A program made the translations under genes and the position numbers. The notes below the pieces were generated by a model. That model searched no databases. It was given only the letters and a program-made list of their open reading frames with translations, and was not told the origin of the DNA. A stretch of 64,000 nt of DNA from Plasmodiophora brassicae (Eukaryota), in the NCBI GenBank assembly GCA_036867785.1, contig CP145415.1, positions 1,054,001-1,118,000 on the forward strand. The letters are read 5' to 3'. Position 1 is the first letter of the stretch, and the number at the start of each line of letters is the position of its first letter. Positions 24,971 to 38,368 of the stretch are shown here, in pieces.

Positions 24971-25632
24971 TGATTGTTGTGCGTCTCCAGTCAACAGCTG
25001 CCTTGACCCGTCGCGCAAATCCGTCTCCGCAACGGGCCTGCCCGGATGACACGTCACGGTCTGCTATTCCTGACAACGCTGCTATTGTTCTGATCTACGG
25101 GCGGCGACACTCACTCAACAGGGCAGGCGACAGGCACAGAAGAGGCGGCCCCCAGCCGCCGCCCGGCCTACTTAGCTGTGAGGTGCCCAGCCGGGCATCT
25201 CTATTCGGGATAATTCCACACGAGAACGTATCGAAGCTTGGTCCCCCACTTTCCCTACGGGGACCAAAGATCATCGAAACGACAGTATCACGGCTTGTGA
25301 ATGTTGACATGACAAGCAACGTCAAAATGTTCGTAGCCCGGCCGTTAACATCACATTTGTAGTAGATGTATCGCAGCATGGACAGCAAGACCTGGACGTC
25401 CTGGGCGAAATATTTTCCGACACGTACGGTAGATCATTGTCGCACCGCCCCAGAACAACAACCTCGCTACCAGCGTGGGGACTTTTGTTGAGACACGACA
25501 TTGTCGATCTGTTCGTCACCAGGCAAGACCTGCAGGACAACGCAGCGCTGGCGCTTCCTGCCACGGTAACTGCCAAGACGTTCCTGTGCGACAGTACGGT
25601 CAAGTGGAAAGTGCGCGCAAGGAACGCGCCAA

Positions 25633-26378
25633 ATGGATTGCAGCGACGCGCTGGACTGGCGTCTGCCCGATGGCGCCCAGCAGTTCTGGCTGGTTATGGA
25701 TGAGCTGACAGCATCTAGTGATTTTGTCGCATTGTCGATAGTGAAGGCGTGCGTTAATGACCCGACGGCGCGAATGGCGTTTGTATCGTTCCAGGAACCG
25801 CGGTCGCACTATGATGCCATCTTGCACAGAACCGTATGCTGTCGTTTGTGTTGCTTCTGTTTCGTGAGGCCCTGACTAGCGGGTTTGATTAGGGCGTCAA
25901 ATGGGACTCGGATAGGCTGCTCTTCATCGATGGACTCTCAGATCAGGACGTGTGGGACAGCCCCGAGTACGTGGATGGACTTCGGCTTCGACTGACTCGT
26001 TGGTCTAATGATGATCGCGAGGATGTTCCCCGTGTGTGCGTCATCGATGGTGCGTCAGTTCTGTTAGAATCCGCGAGAAACCCAGCCGACGTCGTCGACT
26101 TCGTCCGCTTGCTGCTCGACGAATGCATTGGCGTCGTTTTCTGCGTCCGATCCGACATATCAGCGCACGCCGGCGCCATCGCCTGTTTGCAGGACATCGC
26201 CGATGTTTCCGTTCGCGTGTGCCCTCTGGCCACCGGGTACAATCCGAACATCGACGGGCAGCTCCGAATCTCCCGCCGGCCCAACTTCTGCCATCCACCG
26301 ACTAATCCGTCTCCGGTGCACTTCCGCCGCTCGGACACTGAAGTCACTGTGTTCACGCGGGGCTCCTTGTTCCAGTAA
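25633..26378 (+). CDS. ELP6: Elongator complex subunit 6-like, one intron
   Basis: LVMDELTASSDFV..FVSFQEPRSHY..LFIDGL..VIDGASVLL..ADVSVRVCPLATGY..IDGQLRI pattern. Confidence 0.8.
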
Positions 26379-26487
26379 ACCCTTTTAGTACAGTAAAACT
26401 AGACACAGCAGATGCACTGCAGTGGGAGCTACAGCCTACAGTGGGCAGCCTGCAGCTGCAGCCACTGCGCAGTCGTGACACGCGGCG

Positions 26488-27167
26488 ATGTCCGTGGAGA
26501 AGGCGGCAGGTGGGCCTGATGATGGCGAGATTGACACGATCGACACGCCGATGCGGTACCTGGGTTACCTGGGCCGCCTCCGCGCTTTCGTCACCAGGGG
26601 TTCTCGATACGTACGGTGAACGCTGTGTATGTGTGCTCATCGAGCTCACCTGTTGTTGACTGGTTCGGCACCAGATGGCGTACACGTCGGATGTTGGTGA
26701 AGCGTTCCGTCCTGTTGTCCCGCGGTGGATTGTCAATGCGGCGTACGGGCTGTCGTTCGCATACGTTGCCGGTGATGTCACGTATGAAGCGTATCACGCC
26801 CATCGGCACGGGGAGACCAAGGAGGGCATTACCCGGACCGTGGTGCAGCGATCGATATTCCAAGTTCTCGCATCACTGGTCGGCAGATATGGCCCATGAT
26901 GTGCTCAGGTGATTTATTTCGTTGCAGGCCCTCCCAGCGTTCGCGATACACTCAGTGGTGCATGCCTCAGCGAGCGCGCTGAAGCGTTACCCGAAGATGG
27001 TGGCCGCATATCCGGCGTTAAGGTTCGCGCCGACGACTATTGGGCTCCTCGTCGTCCCCGCCCTTCCCGTTATGTTTGACCACCCTGTTGAGCACGTCGT
27101 CGACACAGTCTTCGACAATGTCTGGCCCTACAAGTACCGACATCCAAAGCATGAGAAGTCGGTGTAA
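26488..27167 (+). CDS. MTFP1: Mitochondrial fission process protein 1 (MTP18), spliced
   Basis: DTPMRYLGY, AYTSDVGEAFRPVVP, YGLSFAYV.GD, FQVLAS.ALPAFAIHSVV, PTTIGLLVVPALPVMFDHPVE. Confidence 0.9.
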
Positions 27168-27493
27168 TACGGTTTGTGAACGGTGTTGCTGCGGCCCATG
27201 GACAATGTTAAATGTGATAAATGAGGCCTCAATGAAGTTACAGTGCCCTAAGCTGCCGCGTCTGTCAGGTCAGAAGCGTCGAGACAACCATGTCGAGTGG
27301 TGATAGACGCCACCACTTCTACTGGCCTAGTAATATCGCTTTATGGGTTGATGCAGACAGAGTACCTGCACACCTCGCGCGACTAGACTGAGTGATTCCA
27401 GAACACCCGGGACAGGCACTATTGTCGGGAGCCTCTCGAGCTCGTGGCTGCCGTCACTCTACTAATCAACCGTTAGGCGAAGGGTGACAAGAG

Positions 27494-28237
27494 ATGGTCG
27501 GATTAGCCACTGAAGTGTATGCCATCGTCGCGTTGCCCTTCGTCGTTGCGGGCGTCGTCATTCGTGGCCTTGTTTCCTACTTGATAGCTATCGCCTGGCC
27601 TGCTGAGTACGTTTCGTTGTCGGTGGCGGCGCTGACAGACTGTTGCACCAAGGCGAACGCAACGGCGATGTGTCACACGTATTTGTTACCGGGTCTGCAT
27701 AAGGTTCAGGGTGTCATCAGCACAGTTGTCGTACGTTGCCTTCCTGGTTCGCCTCGTACCAAGGAAGAAGCAGCGTTGGTGGACAACGGGTCCGCACTGA
27801 TCGAGACGTCAGCGCCCAGCCAATGTGAAGCGCTGCCGCCTCCTCCTCTGCCTGCAAGGGCGAGGTTAGAGGGCGAACCTGAGGAGGACCAGTGTCCACC
27901 AGGATCGCCGACCGAATCGAAGGCTGAACTCCCTGACGACACGCTGAGCCTGTCAGGGCTCCTGCGCGGGATCGACAAGCGCCTCCTGACGGAACTCGAG
28001 GTCGGATACAGCGCCGTTGTCGTTGCGATCCGTTCCAGACTTCCCGACATGAGCTGCCAATCACCTTGGACCAAGGCGTCAGCGCTGGCTTACGGGCCGT
28101 TCGCCTGGGTCGCTCAAGGCAATTACCTCGCAACGTCGTGCATCGACAGCGTTGTTGGCTATGGCCAAAGGGCCTACAAGCTAATTACCGATGGCATCGG
28201 TGGATTCCGGGCTCGGACCGTGAACTTCTTGTCGTAG
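27494..28237 (+). CDS. Hypothetical protein with hydrophobic N-terminus, intronless
   Basis: 247-aa ATG-initiated ORF filling the gap between genes; no motif recognised. Confidence 0.55.
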   Translation: MVGLATEVYAIVALPFVVAGVVIRGLVSYLIAIAWPAEYVSLSVAALTDCCTKANATAMCHTYLLPGLHKVQGVISTVVVRCLPGSPRTKEEAALVDNGSALIETSAPSQCEALPPPPLPARARLEGEPEEDQCPPGSPTESKAELPDDTLSLSGLLRGIDKRLLTELEVGYSAVVVAIRSRLPDMSCQSPWTKASALAYGPFAWVAQGNYLATSCIDSVVGYGQRAYKLITDGIGGFRARTVNFLS

Positions 28238-28371
28238 AAGATCGCCGTTCGCATGCGTTTCGAATACACCATGCCGAAAGCGTGTACTGATTGAAAGGGA
28301 TGGACAGGACTAGCCGGCCAGTGTAAAAGCAAGCCTGTCTTTAGTACAAATTCAATGCTTGGCCATAGGTG

Positions 28372-30822
28372 CTATTTTTCTCGATTGTGCCGGACAGTCC
28401 CTTTGTCAGCCGGGTTCTTGTGATACACGGCGCACAAGACAGGACCTGATACCTCATGGTATCCGACGCCGAGCTTCGTGAGCTGCTTGCGGATGTGGTT
28501 CTTGATGTCAGTGTCTGCAGTGCAGAACGCGCCGCCTTCACTGTACGTGAACACCGAATCGATGCGAATCTCCACGTCGACCCCATTGGTCTTCGTGAGA
28601 TCATTCAGACTGATGGATACACGAGGTTTCCATTCTAACACAGGGCATCAGAAACGTCCAGGAAAGACAAACGTGTAGGCTGCTCGACGTACGAGACGGG
28701 TTTCTGATAGCATACTTCAGTATGGATGCCTTCAGGCGCTCCACGAGTTCAACGGGAGTATCTTGGGCAATTTCGATGACCACTCTTGTCGCGCAATTGC
28801 CACTCTTCGAGAGGTTAACCTAAGCAGCCAACACCTTGTGAACAACCAGCAGATGCATCTCATACAGAACCTACAAGCTTAAGATCGGCAAGCACTTGAT
28901 TCGAATATCTTGTGCACTTGTTCATCGAGTCCAGGAACTGCGTCTCTAACAGACCGATCTTGTGCACCTGGTACCAGTTGCCATCAATGACCACCTCATC
29001 GTTAACCTGATATGGTTTCCCTCCGAAAATGAACTAGGGCGTGTCAGACTTCGTTATGACGTATTGTAACATGAACTCACAGAGATGCATTCCACAAGGC
29101 GGCTGATTGTTTTCGATAGGGCAAACGACAAAGCCAGCAACATTGCAGACATAGCAGTGACTAGCTGGCTGGCATTGTAACCAAAAATGCTCATGATAAC
29201 GAAGAGCAAGAAGAGATAAAAGATGCCAGACAGGATCGTCTTACTAAGGTACGACAAGTTTTGGAAGCTCTTCAGACGATTCGCAAGGACGCTCCATGTG
29301 TTGAAGGCAGACTTAAAGGCGGCGATGAACTGCTCGCTTGTTACAGCCTGTTTCACAAGAGCATCTCCCTGACGAGTGAACATCAAACGAAAGCACTGCG
29401 CGGCGAGAAAAGCATCCTGCAATGAGCGTTACTCGAAAACGGCATACACACATAACCTCTGCAGGATTCAAGGCGCACCTTGAAATACCCAGTCCACATG
29501 TCGAAAGAAATAACGGGGGGATTCGGAGCACTTCCCGGGTCGTGCTGCTTATCTTCAACAATGTTGTCGAAAACGATTTGCGCAATGAGGGCCATCTCTT
29601 TGGTGCTGGACACCTCAACGGTGGAGTCCGTTGAGAATTCCCATCGATCTGACTGACAGGCAAGAGGAAAGCCTATGCAGCCCTCTCTGAACGTATAACC
29701 TTTCAGTTACGGCAATGCCATCATAGAGCCCAAATCTCCGAACCTGATTTGTCGAACGGAAGCCATGAGGTACTTGTTATGTCGATTGTTGGAGCGGATT
29801 TGGGCAAGCGCCACCTTGTCTGACTCAGATCGGCAGCACAAGTCGTGGAGGATATCTTGCACGAACATGAGTGCGTTGATACGCTTCCCGAAGGTCTTTT
29901 TGACAGCCCACATTTCAAGGAGATGGTTCAGGACGTTTCTGACGACGAGGAAAGCGCCAATAGTCCAGACGGAAACAAACACGTTGTGAACTGTTGTCGG
30001 ATTGACGCCGTTTACGGCTGTCGAACTCAGCCACCATTGAAATACGAAGCCGTCGGTCAAAACCGCTATCGACAAAGGTCAAATGCACGCGGCAAGCACT
30101 TTTCCGCCAACGATCCTACCGAACATGATGACACGGATGTAACCCGATGCCGTGCCCTGCATCATGGGATACAGCCAGGCGGGAGATCTGATGAACAGCC
30201 TAGCCGCGTTCAGCACCGTTATCTCGATGATGTACGATACGAACATGGTGATTGCAACCTGCAAAGGGGGGCGACCGGTCAGTTTCAGTCGCCCAGTCAC
30301 AGCATCGAAAGAACGACGTACCAAACCGGGTATTGCGGACCACAGCCACGACACTTGCGACAGGATAAAGCGTGTGCGGTCTCTGGATCCGATCATGTAC
30401 AAGATAAAAGATGTCACAAGGCTGACAACGACCAGGCCTAAGGCCCAGCGATGGCGATACATCCATCTAAGGAATCGCCGCGTCCTGCCTTGCGCGAGGC
30501 GATTCTCCAGAAACATTCTCTCACAATCTTCGTAGATGTCAACGATTTTCGCGGTGTGTGGTGTCGACATGTGCGATACGGCCAGCATCTGCCTCTCATC
30601 CCAACGCTCATCTTCTTCGGACACATTGCTCGATAACCTTCTCGCGTGCCGTCCCGAAAATTGATATCGCTCGCCAATCCCAGTCGGGAGCATCAGGAGC
30701 TGCTCGGCAGCGACGCGCGACCCTTCCTCCAGCTCGCTCGGCTTCGACACCTCAATGCAGAACTCCTCGGCGGGCGCCCCGTGCTCCGCCCCCGCCTGCG
30801 GGGCGTCGTCGGGCGTCGCCAT
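28372..30822 (-). CDS. MscS-like mechanosensitive channel, paralog 1 (eukaryotic MSL type), multi-exon
   Basis: TM segments then FIFGGKPYQVNDEVVIDGNWYQVHKIGLLETQFLD..YSNQVL..VNLSKSG..IEIAQDTPVELVERLK..WKPRV. Confidence 0.85.
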
Positions 30823-31043
30823 CGACAATCAGGCCTGGACGACCGCCGTCGACTGTGACTCGCTGCATGCAGTAACGCTCCCCGCCCCCAACGTCGGTCC
30901 CCGTACAGTGGAGCTGCATCCGGAGCAGGAGCCGGCACGACACGAATGTTCCCAACTGACCTTTTGGGGGTGGCTGCGTCCCGTTGTTTGTGCGGTTTTT
31001 TGGGCAGCACCGGCACGACGCAATGGGGCCGCCGTCGTCGTTC

Positions 31044-32599
31044 ATGGTCGGGTATGCGGCCGACCGCCACGTGTTGATGCGGCTGCTGGCACAGAGCCGT
31101 CGCGGCGGCGGCAGAGCGGGGCCGAGGATTCGGCAACGGCAAAGGGGGCGGGTTGCGAAGCCGTCGGCGCCGTTCCCGGGGGAGTTCAACCTGACGGCGC
31201 GCGACACGATTCGCACCTGCGCTGACTGGAATCGGGTCGAGCGTGTCGTCGACGACGTCGTCTCGCGTAACGACCCGTGCCATTGGTGCACAGCGTTCGG
31301 GTCGGCGGTCAGCGCCGCACTGCGGTTGTCAACGTATGATCGAGCACTGGAGATTGCGTCACTCGGCATGTCGCGGGATGGTCTGCCGATATCCGAATCC
31401 ATCTCGATCCTGGTCCCGTTTGCGGCGTGGTCGCCCACTTCTAAAGATGTTCATCTCAGCCTACTGCAGGGCATTTGGCAGCACGTTAGCGGAGGATCGC
31501 TTTCGCCAGGTCTCCGGCAAATCGTTAAATACTCGCTTTCATCGCTCTGGAGAAACAATCGCTTCGATGACGTGGTCGGTCTATATCATCTACGGTCTTC
31601 TGCCCTGGGTTTGACGCTTCATCCTTCCAGGACACCTCGCTAGCTACGGCCGACGAGCTTGGAATTAAGGTGGACCATTCGTGGGTGCTCGACGTATGCA
31701 GCGGCCGCATGCGCGAAATGCAACCAAGGCCTCATGCCCATTCCTACCAGCGTCTTACTCGTCTGGTCGTTCAGCGATATGGGAAGGGCGAGGAAACAAC
31801 GATTGATGCCGGCCTTGGCGCGGCTATGCTCTCCTGGATCGCCCGGAGCGCCCAGCCTGACTTGCTGAATGCACGGCTCGTATCGTCCATTATGCACCTC
31901 GTCGACCCTCGCGCTGGTCTAAGACAGCCGAGGAATACAGTTGTGCAGTTTTGGTGCAAATCAGGCATGCTTCACCCTGCGTTTCTGGAAGCGTCCAAGT
32001 CGTCACCAGCCCCGCTGTTCTCTCGTACCGTTCGAGCGCTGTTCAGCCTTGCCGCTCACAGCCGTCGCATCGATCTCATTCTCTTTGCCTGGGACATGAG
32101 GGCTTCCGACTGCGTCTTCTCTGCCATGATTCGCGCTCTACAACGATCGCGCTGCGCTTCCCAACAGTTTGACTCAATGGTGTCCTGGGGATTCTGCAAT
32201 TCACAGGTTCGGCGGGCATCTGGGCACGTTATTGCTCGGGCGTGCCTGATGTCAGGCAATACTGCCGCTGCGTCTTCTGTTGTCATGTGCCTGTACTCGC
32301 AAGGCATTTTAACCGAGGGCTGGTTCGCCCGCCTTCTCCTACACTCCATCTACAACGACAACAGGAAGGTTGTTGCGAAGACTGCCGAATGGGTACTGTC
32401 CATGATGGCGCGCGCGGACGTTCCAATGTCCCATGCGACTGCCCAGACTGTCGCCAAACTCGCCTCGGACCAGGACAGCAAGCTTCACCTTCAGAAATCG
32501 ATTGAGCTCTTGTCCATCTCGATGCGAGCCGGTGTGTCTGATATGATCACGTTACTTGATGCGACGCCCACGAAACTTCTAATGCCAACGGTGCGATAG
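31044..32599 (+). CDS. Hypothetical helical protein, possibly organelle-targeted, one intron near 31608-31643
   Basis: Two long + ORFs (30984-31643, 31670-32599) joinable by a short intron; Arg-rich N-terminus; start uncertain. Confidence 0.6.
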
Positions 32600-32657
32600 C
32601 ATAGGGTGCACCTGCACACCTCCTATATATCGATACAGGCTCGTACTTGGCAATGCT

Positions 32658-34198
32658 TTACTTCAGACTGCGCCGTCGGTCTCTGTGCGCTCCAGAAACA
32701 GTATATACGGCAGCTCACTGCTCGACAGCAATCAATGCCAAGAACGTCATGCCGATCTCGTTGATATCGCGAAAGCCAGGGAATTTCGTCAGCGCCCGAT
32801 TGACAAGTTCGGCCGCCTGGTTCTTCACCATACGTTCGCGATTGGTCCTGCTGCTCCACGCCAGACTGACCAGGACGTTGCAGGCGCATCGCTGTAGCAT
32901 GGGGAAGTCGCCAAACCTTGCCATGGCGCCAAGGATCGCTTCGATTCCGTTGAGGTTCCTGATTGCAGTCCTGGATTCTCTGTTTAAAGACAGGTTGATC
33001 AATGCGAAGCAAGCCTATTGCGCAATCGAACGTCAGACTCGCCAGTAAACGACGACCTTCTCCAGCACCGTTCGTACCCTGAACTGGAGTTCTCGTTCGT
33101 CTGGGAACCGGAACATGGACAGTATGATCAGATGGATGGCCTTGCTGTTGATCAGCTGCTGCTTGTTGCAGTCCATCAGCGAGAGGTTCACGGTAGCCCA
33201 GAATGCCTTCGCCAGGACCGACGGGTTGCTAACGTTACGGACCATGGTCTGGATCACAGCGTTCACGATGCCCACGCGCGGATCGCTGAGGATGTCTGAC
33301 ACGTGCGCAATCGCTGCCGAATGCTGATGGGGATACCTGGGCAGCAGGTTAGTGTCGGCAACAGGTAGCCGGGCGCATTGCATACCGCATCCCTTCGGAA
33401 CTTCCGAGCGGGCGACCTAGGATAACCAACGCCCTGCAAGAAGAGCATGGAACAGTCAGGACGTGCTCGAATCTGGTCGCGCCACGCGTACCAGAGGGCG
33501 TTTTCGATGAGGTGCTGGCTGCTGTCGTGGATGTTCAGCGCATTGATAAGCAGGTCGACAACGCCCATGCCGGGAAGGACTTTCCTGCTCTGCTCGTTCA
33601 GGGACAGAATGCCGACGACTTTGAGGCCCAGATGTTGTACATCCCTGTCCATCATGCGCCTTGACATCAGGAACACGAGCTTCCGCAGGGTGATCTCGTT
33701 AGGGCGGGCGTGGCACACCTCGGCTTCGCCGTGCTCGTCGAACAACTGCACGATCCAACGAAGGCCCTCCTCGAGCACATTGGGCATATCGAGGCGCCTT
33801 CCAATGGCTTCGGTTACCGCCTCGATCCGAGATGCAGGGGACATGCCCGGCGTAAATTGTGTTTCGGTCCACTCGCGCGCCATTGAGGCCAACACCCAGT
33901 CCTGCCTGTTGACCGTGAATTCAATGCCAGGGCCGGTCCCCCAGTCGCGGACGCGGTATGATGCCCATCGTTCCATGCAAGAGCGCCGCCACCGCCGTAC
34001 GACGGCGTCGCGATGGGCCTGATCCAGTCTCGACGTCATGCACAACCTCGTGATGGACCTCAAGTCCAGGAACGACAGGCAAGTTTCGAACAGGTCCAGC
34101 GTCATGTGCAGAAACAGGCACCGCTGCGAGCTATTGATGACGTGCATTCCGGGGAACGCACCTGGGTAATTAACACCGGGCGATGTCATCACCTGCAT
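32658..34198 (-). CDS. F-box + armadillo-repeat protein, spliced
   Basis: F-box FLHMTLDLFETCLSFLDLRSITRLCMTSR; ARM-like repeats (VQHLGLKVVGILS, KAFWATVNLS, GIEAILGAMARF..QRCACNVLVSLA). The 3' end may be 32715. Confidence 0.8.
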
Positions 34199-34614
34199 GG
34201 CCACGACGATCGACGCTCGCCTCGATTGTTCTAGATTAGGGCAAGTGGCGCAATCGAGTTAGGGATACGATATACGGGATCGTACCTGGGCGATCACCCG
34301 TATCCGTACGGTGGCGTATCCAAGAGCCTAAATGTTCGTCAGACAATTGTACTGGATCATCCCACTAACGTCACCATAAACCAGCCTTACTGAACACCAC
34401 ATTTTGTAACGCTGGGGCGCTCCATCCGATGGGCATAAACCGCACGCGCATGGCCTGGGGCTGCTCCCCGGCGCAGTGTTAGCTGCAGACAGCAGCTCGG
34501 CGTGCGGCAGACACTTCCGCCGAGGTCGAACGGACATCTCCGAACACCGGTTGGGTGGTAGTTGGCTGCTTTCAGTGCAGTTCGGGCGTGCGGAGCGCGT
34601 CGGCAAAACGGCCA

Positions 34615-36962
34615 ATGTGGAAGTGGTTGCCGTCGTCGCTGCTGTCCGGCAGTCGAAGGCTATCGTCGTGCGCGAGTGCCGTCGTCGATGTGGTCGTGAT
34701 CGGGGGCGGCCATGCAGGAACGGAGGCGGCGGCGGCGGCGGCGCGGGTCGGCGCGCGAACCATGATGGTGACGCACAAGCTGGAGACGGTCGGGGCGATG
34801 AGCTGCAACCCGGCCATCGGCGGGATCGGCAAGGGCGTCCTGGCGCGCGAGGTTGACGCGCTGGACGGCATCATGGGCAAGGCCATCGATGAGGCAGGCA
34901 TCCAGTTCCGGATCCTGAACCAGTCGAAAGGCGAGGCGGTACGAGGGCCACGGGCGCAGGCCGATCGCAAGCTGTACAAGCAGGCCATCTTCAGAATGTT
35001 GTCCGAGATCCCACTACTGCAGATGGTGGAAGGCGGCGCTGACGATATACTCGTCGAGGATGGCCGCATTACCGGCGTGCAACTCAGCAATGGCGACGTC
35101 GTCGCCTGCGCCTGCGTGGTCGTGACCACCGGCACGTTCCTGCGTGGCGTGCTCTACATGGGCGCGCAGGAAATGAAACCCGGCGGCCGGATCGGCGATG
35201 CCCCTGCCACAAAGCTGGCTGAAACTCTGGATCGTCTCGGGTTTGCTGTGAACCGGCTGACGACAGCCACGCCCCCCAGACTCGATGGCAGAACGATTAA
35301 CTACCAGGGACTGATGGGTAACATACGCCATGAAGTTTCGTCGTGTACGAAGGGTATCTGACGCGTGAACTGGTTTGCAGTACAAGCGAGTGACGACCCG
35401 CCAGTGCCGTTCTCGTACATGAACGAACGTGTGAAGCTGCACGACCGACTGGTTCCATGCTATAAAACTGGAACCAATGAGAAAACGCATGCGATCATCA
35501 TGGATAATGTTCATCTGTTGCCGCCAATCTTCCACACCGGACGCGGGCCGCGTTACTGCCCATCGTTAGAGGGCAAGATACGACGGTTTGCCGACAAGGC
35601 ATCGCACACGATATGGCTGGAGCCTGAGGGGCTCGACACCGATCTCGTGTATCCCAATGGGCTTAGCACCGGTAACTGATTCAACGCGCAAGTGGCGACA
35701 TGCGGCCCCTCTAAAAGCACATTGTTGTCGTAGGGTTCCCAGCATCAGTCCAGTTCGAAATACTACGGTCCATTCAAGGCCTCGAGAACGTGCGGATGAC
35801 GACCCCTGGATACGCTGTCGAATACGATTTTATTGATCCCAGGCAACTTTTCGAGACCCTGGAGACGCAGTTCGTTTCAGGTAAAGGCAGTCGCACGGGA
35901 ACAGGTTCACGCGATTGCATTAACATACGGCTTCCAGGTCTGTACTTTGCAGGCCAGATTAACGGGACGACTGGATATGAAGAAGCCGCTGGCCAAGGCA
36001 TCGTCGCTGGTATCAACGCAGCCTTGAAAGCCGGCGGAATGAACATGATCGCCGTCGAACGGTGCAGCAGCTATATCGGCACAATGATCGATGACTTGAT
36101 CACGAAAGGATGCGATGAGCCGTACCGCATCTTTACATCTCGTTCGGAGTACCGGCTGTCCCTGCGGTAGGTTTGGCAGACATGTATAGGTGAAAGTTGA
36201 CTGTTCTTAATTGAGTTCCTTAACAGGGCAGACAATGCTGACGCAAGGTTGACGCCTCTGGGCATTTCGAGCGGGTGTATCAGCTCCGAACGCACAAGCG
36301 TGTTTGACAAGAAGATGGAACTCGTGCGGTCCTTCCTTCTGGCATCACGGTTAATCGATGGGCTAACAAGTTTGTGTATTGTAGTTGAAGCGCGGCAGGG
36401 AGGCGTTCGAATTGTTTCGCAGGTCGCCTCAGGAATGGAAGAAGTTACTCGGAATATCTGTTAGCGAGGACGGCGTTCGCCGCACTGCAGCAGCGATGTT
36501 TGACGGGTTTCCAAACATAACTATGTCGAAAATGTTGGATGCCGTCCCGATTCTTCGCGATGCGGTTCGTTGGGCGCTCTGCGCTGTTGGCTGTGTTAAT
36601 GACTCGCATCGCTGCTGGTGTAGGTACATCCATCAATTCGTGAGACCCTTGAGGTCGAGTGCAAGTACGCAACCTATCTGAAGCGACAGGCGTACGATAT
36701 CGTAAGCATTCGACGGGACGCCAATGTCGAAATCCCTCCAGACTTTGATTACGAGGACACTGGGTTCCTGAGCTCCGAGGAAGTCGAGAAGCTCAAGAAG
36801 TACAGGCCACGGACGATCGGCGAAGCGAATCGTATCCAGGGTATCACGCCTGCTTCTATCCTGTGGCTCCTTGAAAAGTGCAGGAAGGATGTCCTCTGCA
36901 AAATGCCATACGACAACAGCTATCTGTTCAACCCTATCGAATGGAGGCCTTTGCCGCCCTAA
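34615..36962 (+). CDS. MTO1: tRNA U34 modification enzyme MnmG/GidA (mitochondrial MTO1), spliced
   Basis: [84 protein letters not shown]. Confidence 0.97.
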
Positions 36963-37202
36963 TAATGCACACGTTCTGCCTCGTTGCATTCTGGGCCAGT
37001 TTATTTTACTCGTCACATGTCGTTCTGACGAATTGCACGCCGTCGATAACGCCAAGCGTACTGTCGGGGCAAGACGCCCCAAATACGCCAGCTGGTTCAA
37101 TGCTCTTATCGCACTGCTGTCGCTCGGGACCCCCATCGTCCTTGTTGCTCTCCGGCCTTCCCTACGATTCCATCTTTTCAACATTCAACCACATCGGAGA
37201 CG

Positions 37203-37985
37203 TTACGGACGGATTACCGGGCTAATCAGCGACTTGGTTGCCATATAGCTCGGCAGTCTTCTGTCGGCGACGAATTTGCCTATGGCCGCCAGCCTGTTCG
37301 TCCCTTCGGGAGCGGACGCGATCGCATCGGCCAACTCCACCGCGATAAATCGATTGATCAACGTTCCTGGCAGGCCGGGCCCAACTCGCACGACGCCGTA
37401 CCGCTGCGATCTGAGTTTGGTCGCTGCTGCAACGAGGACATCGATGGCCGAATCGCATGGCAACTGCCCGTCTTCCCACAGAACGATGTGGTAGTCAGGC
37501 TTATACCGGGCCGACGACCAGATGGCATCGGCCACCGGATCCTCGTACACGCCGGCGAATTCGCGCGTCTTTGTGCCCTTGGATATGAACGACATGCACC
37601 TGGAGCGGAACTCGTAATCGCGATGGTGTTGCTCCCACTCGCTGTTGTACGATCCGCTGACGGATGCGTTGTAGACCATGACGATAATGGGGCCGCCTTT
37701 CGGGCACCGTCCTTCCAGCTTCATCGTCATGTACTCGAGCGTGCGTTCCGTCTCGTACCCGGGCTGGAACACGGGGATCAGGAAGTTGACCAGGACGGGC
37801 GGCGGTGGCCGCTTAGCAGCAATAGCTTGGCGTAGGTCAACCGCTTGCGTTCGAGACAGCGGCGACGGCGCTGGGCGACTGGTTGTCGGGTCAGCCAGCA
37901 GCGACGATGGCGACACGATCATGGAGATGGGCAGGATGTACTGCAGGACGGCCATGGAGAAGAGCGTCACCATCCAGTAGACCAT
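37203..37985 (-). CDS. Type II membrane protein, possible divergent glycosyltransferase (GT-A/MGAT4-like)
   Basis: N-terminal TM, Pro-rich stem, then FLIPV, IVLWEDGQLPC and VRVGPGLPGTLI resembling GT54-like motifs; ED rather than EDD; 3' end uncertain. Confidence 0.45.
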   Translation of the reverse strand: MVYWMVTLFSMAVLQYILPISMIVSPSSLLADPTTSRPAPSPLSRTQAVDLRQAIAAKRPPPPVLVNFLIPVFQPGYETERTLEYMTMKLEGRCPKGGPIIVMVYNASVSGSYNSEWEQHHRDYEFRSRCMSFISKGTKTREFAGVYEDPVADAIWSSARYKPDYHIVLWEDGQLPCDSAIDVLVAAATKLRSQRYGVVRVGPGLPGTLINRFIAVELADAIASAPEGTNRLAAIGKFVADRRLPSYMATKSLISPVIRP

Positions 37986-38368
37986 TGCCTTCTGCCGGCG
38001 CCTCGTGACATAGTCGCTGGCACCCGGCATATGTCGGACGAGGCGTTCCCACCAACACTGACGAGCCAGTCGTCACCCACAGAGCGGCCACCTTCGGCTA
38101 CCCACCCATGAACCATCACACCTACTAGGCAGGAGTGACACGTCGTCCACGGGCGCGATCCAGTTGCAGAATACAAACTTCAGCATGCCCAGCGCTTCTC
38201 GTTATGGTACGTGGGTGTCTCCGGGCCCACGTTCTTCGAGAAAGTCGCTAACCGTGGCACATTCTGGATAGGCGCCTACCACAGGCTGAAGAACTTCACA
38301 GAGGCGAGGGGCGGCCGCGCCTTCTGTGCCCGTATCTAGCTCAGACGCTGCTGAATCTACATCGGCCC

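Noticed and set aside
25000..25630. Possible extra small gene between the microprotein and ELP6
   Set aside because: Intron-like signals exist, but I could not build a convincing frame or recognise a motif.
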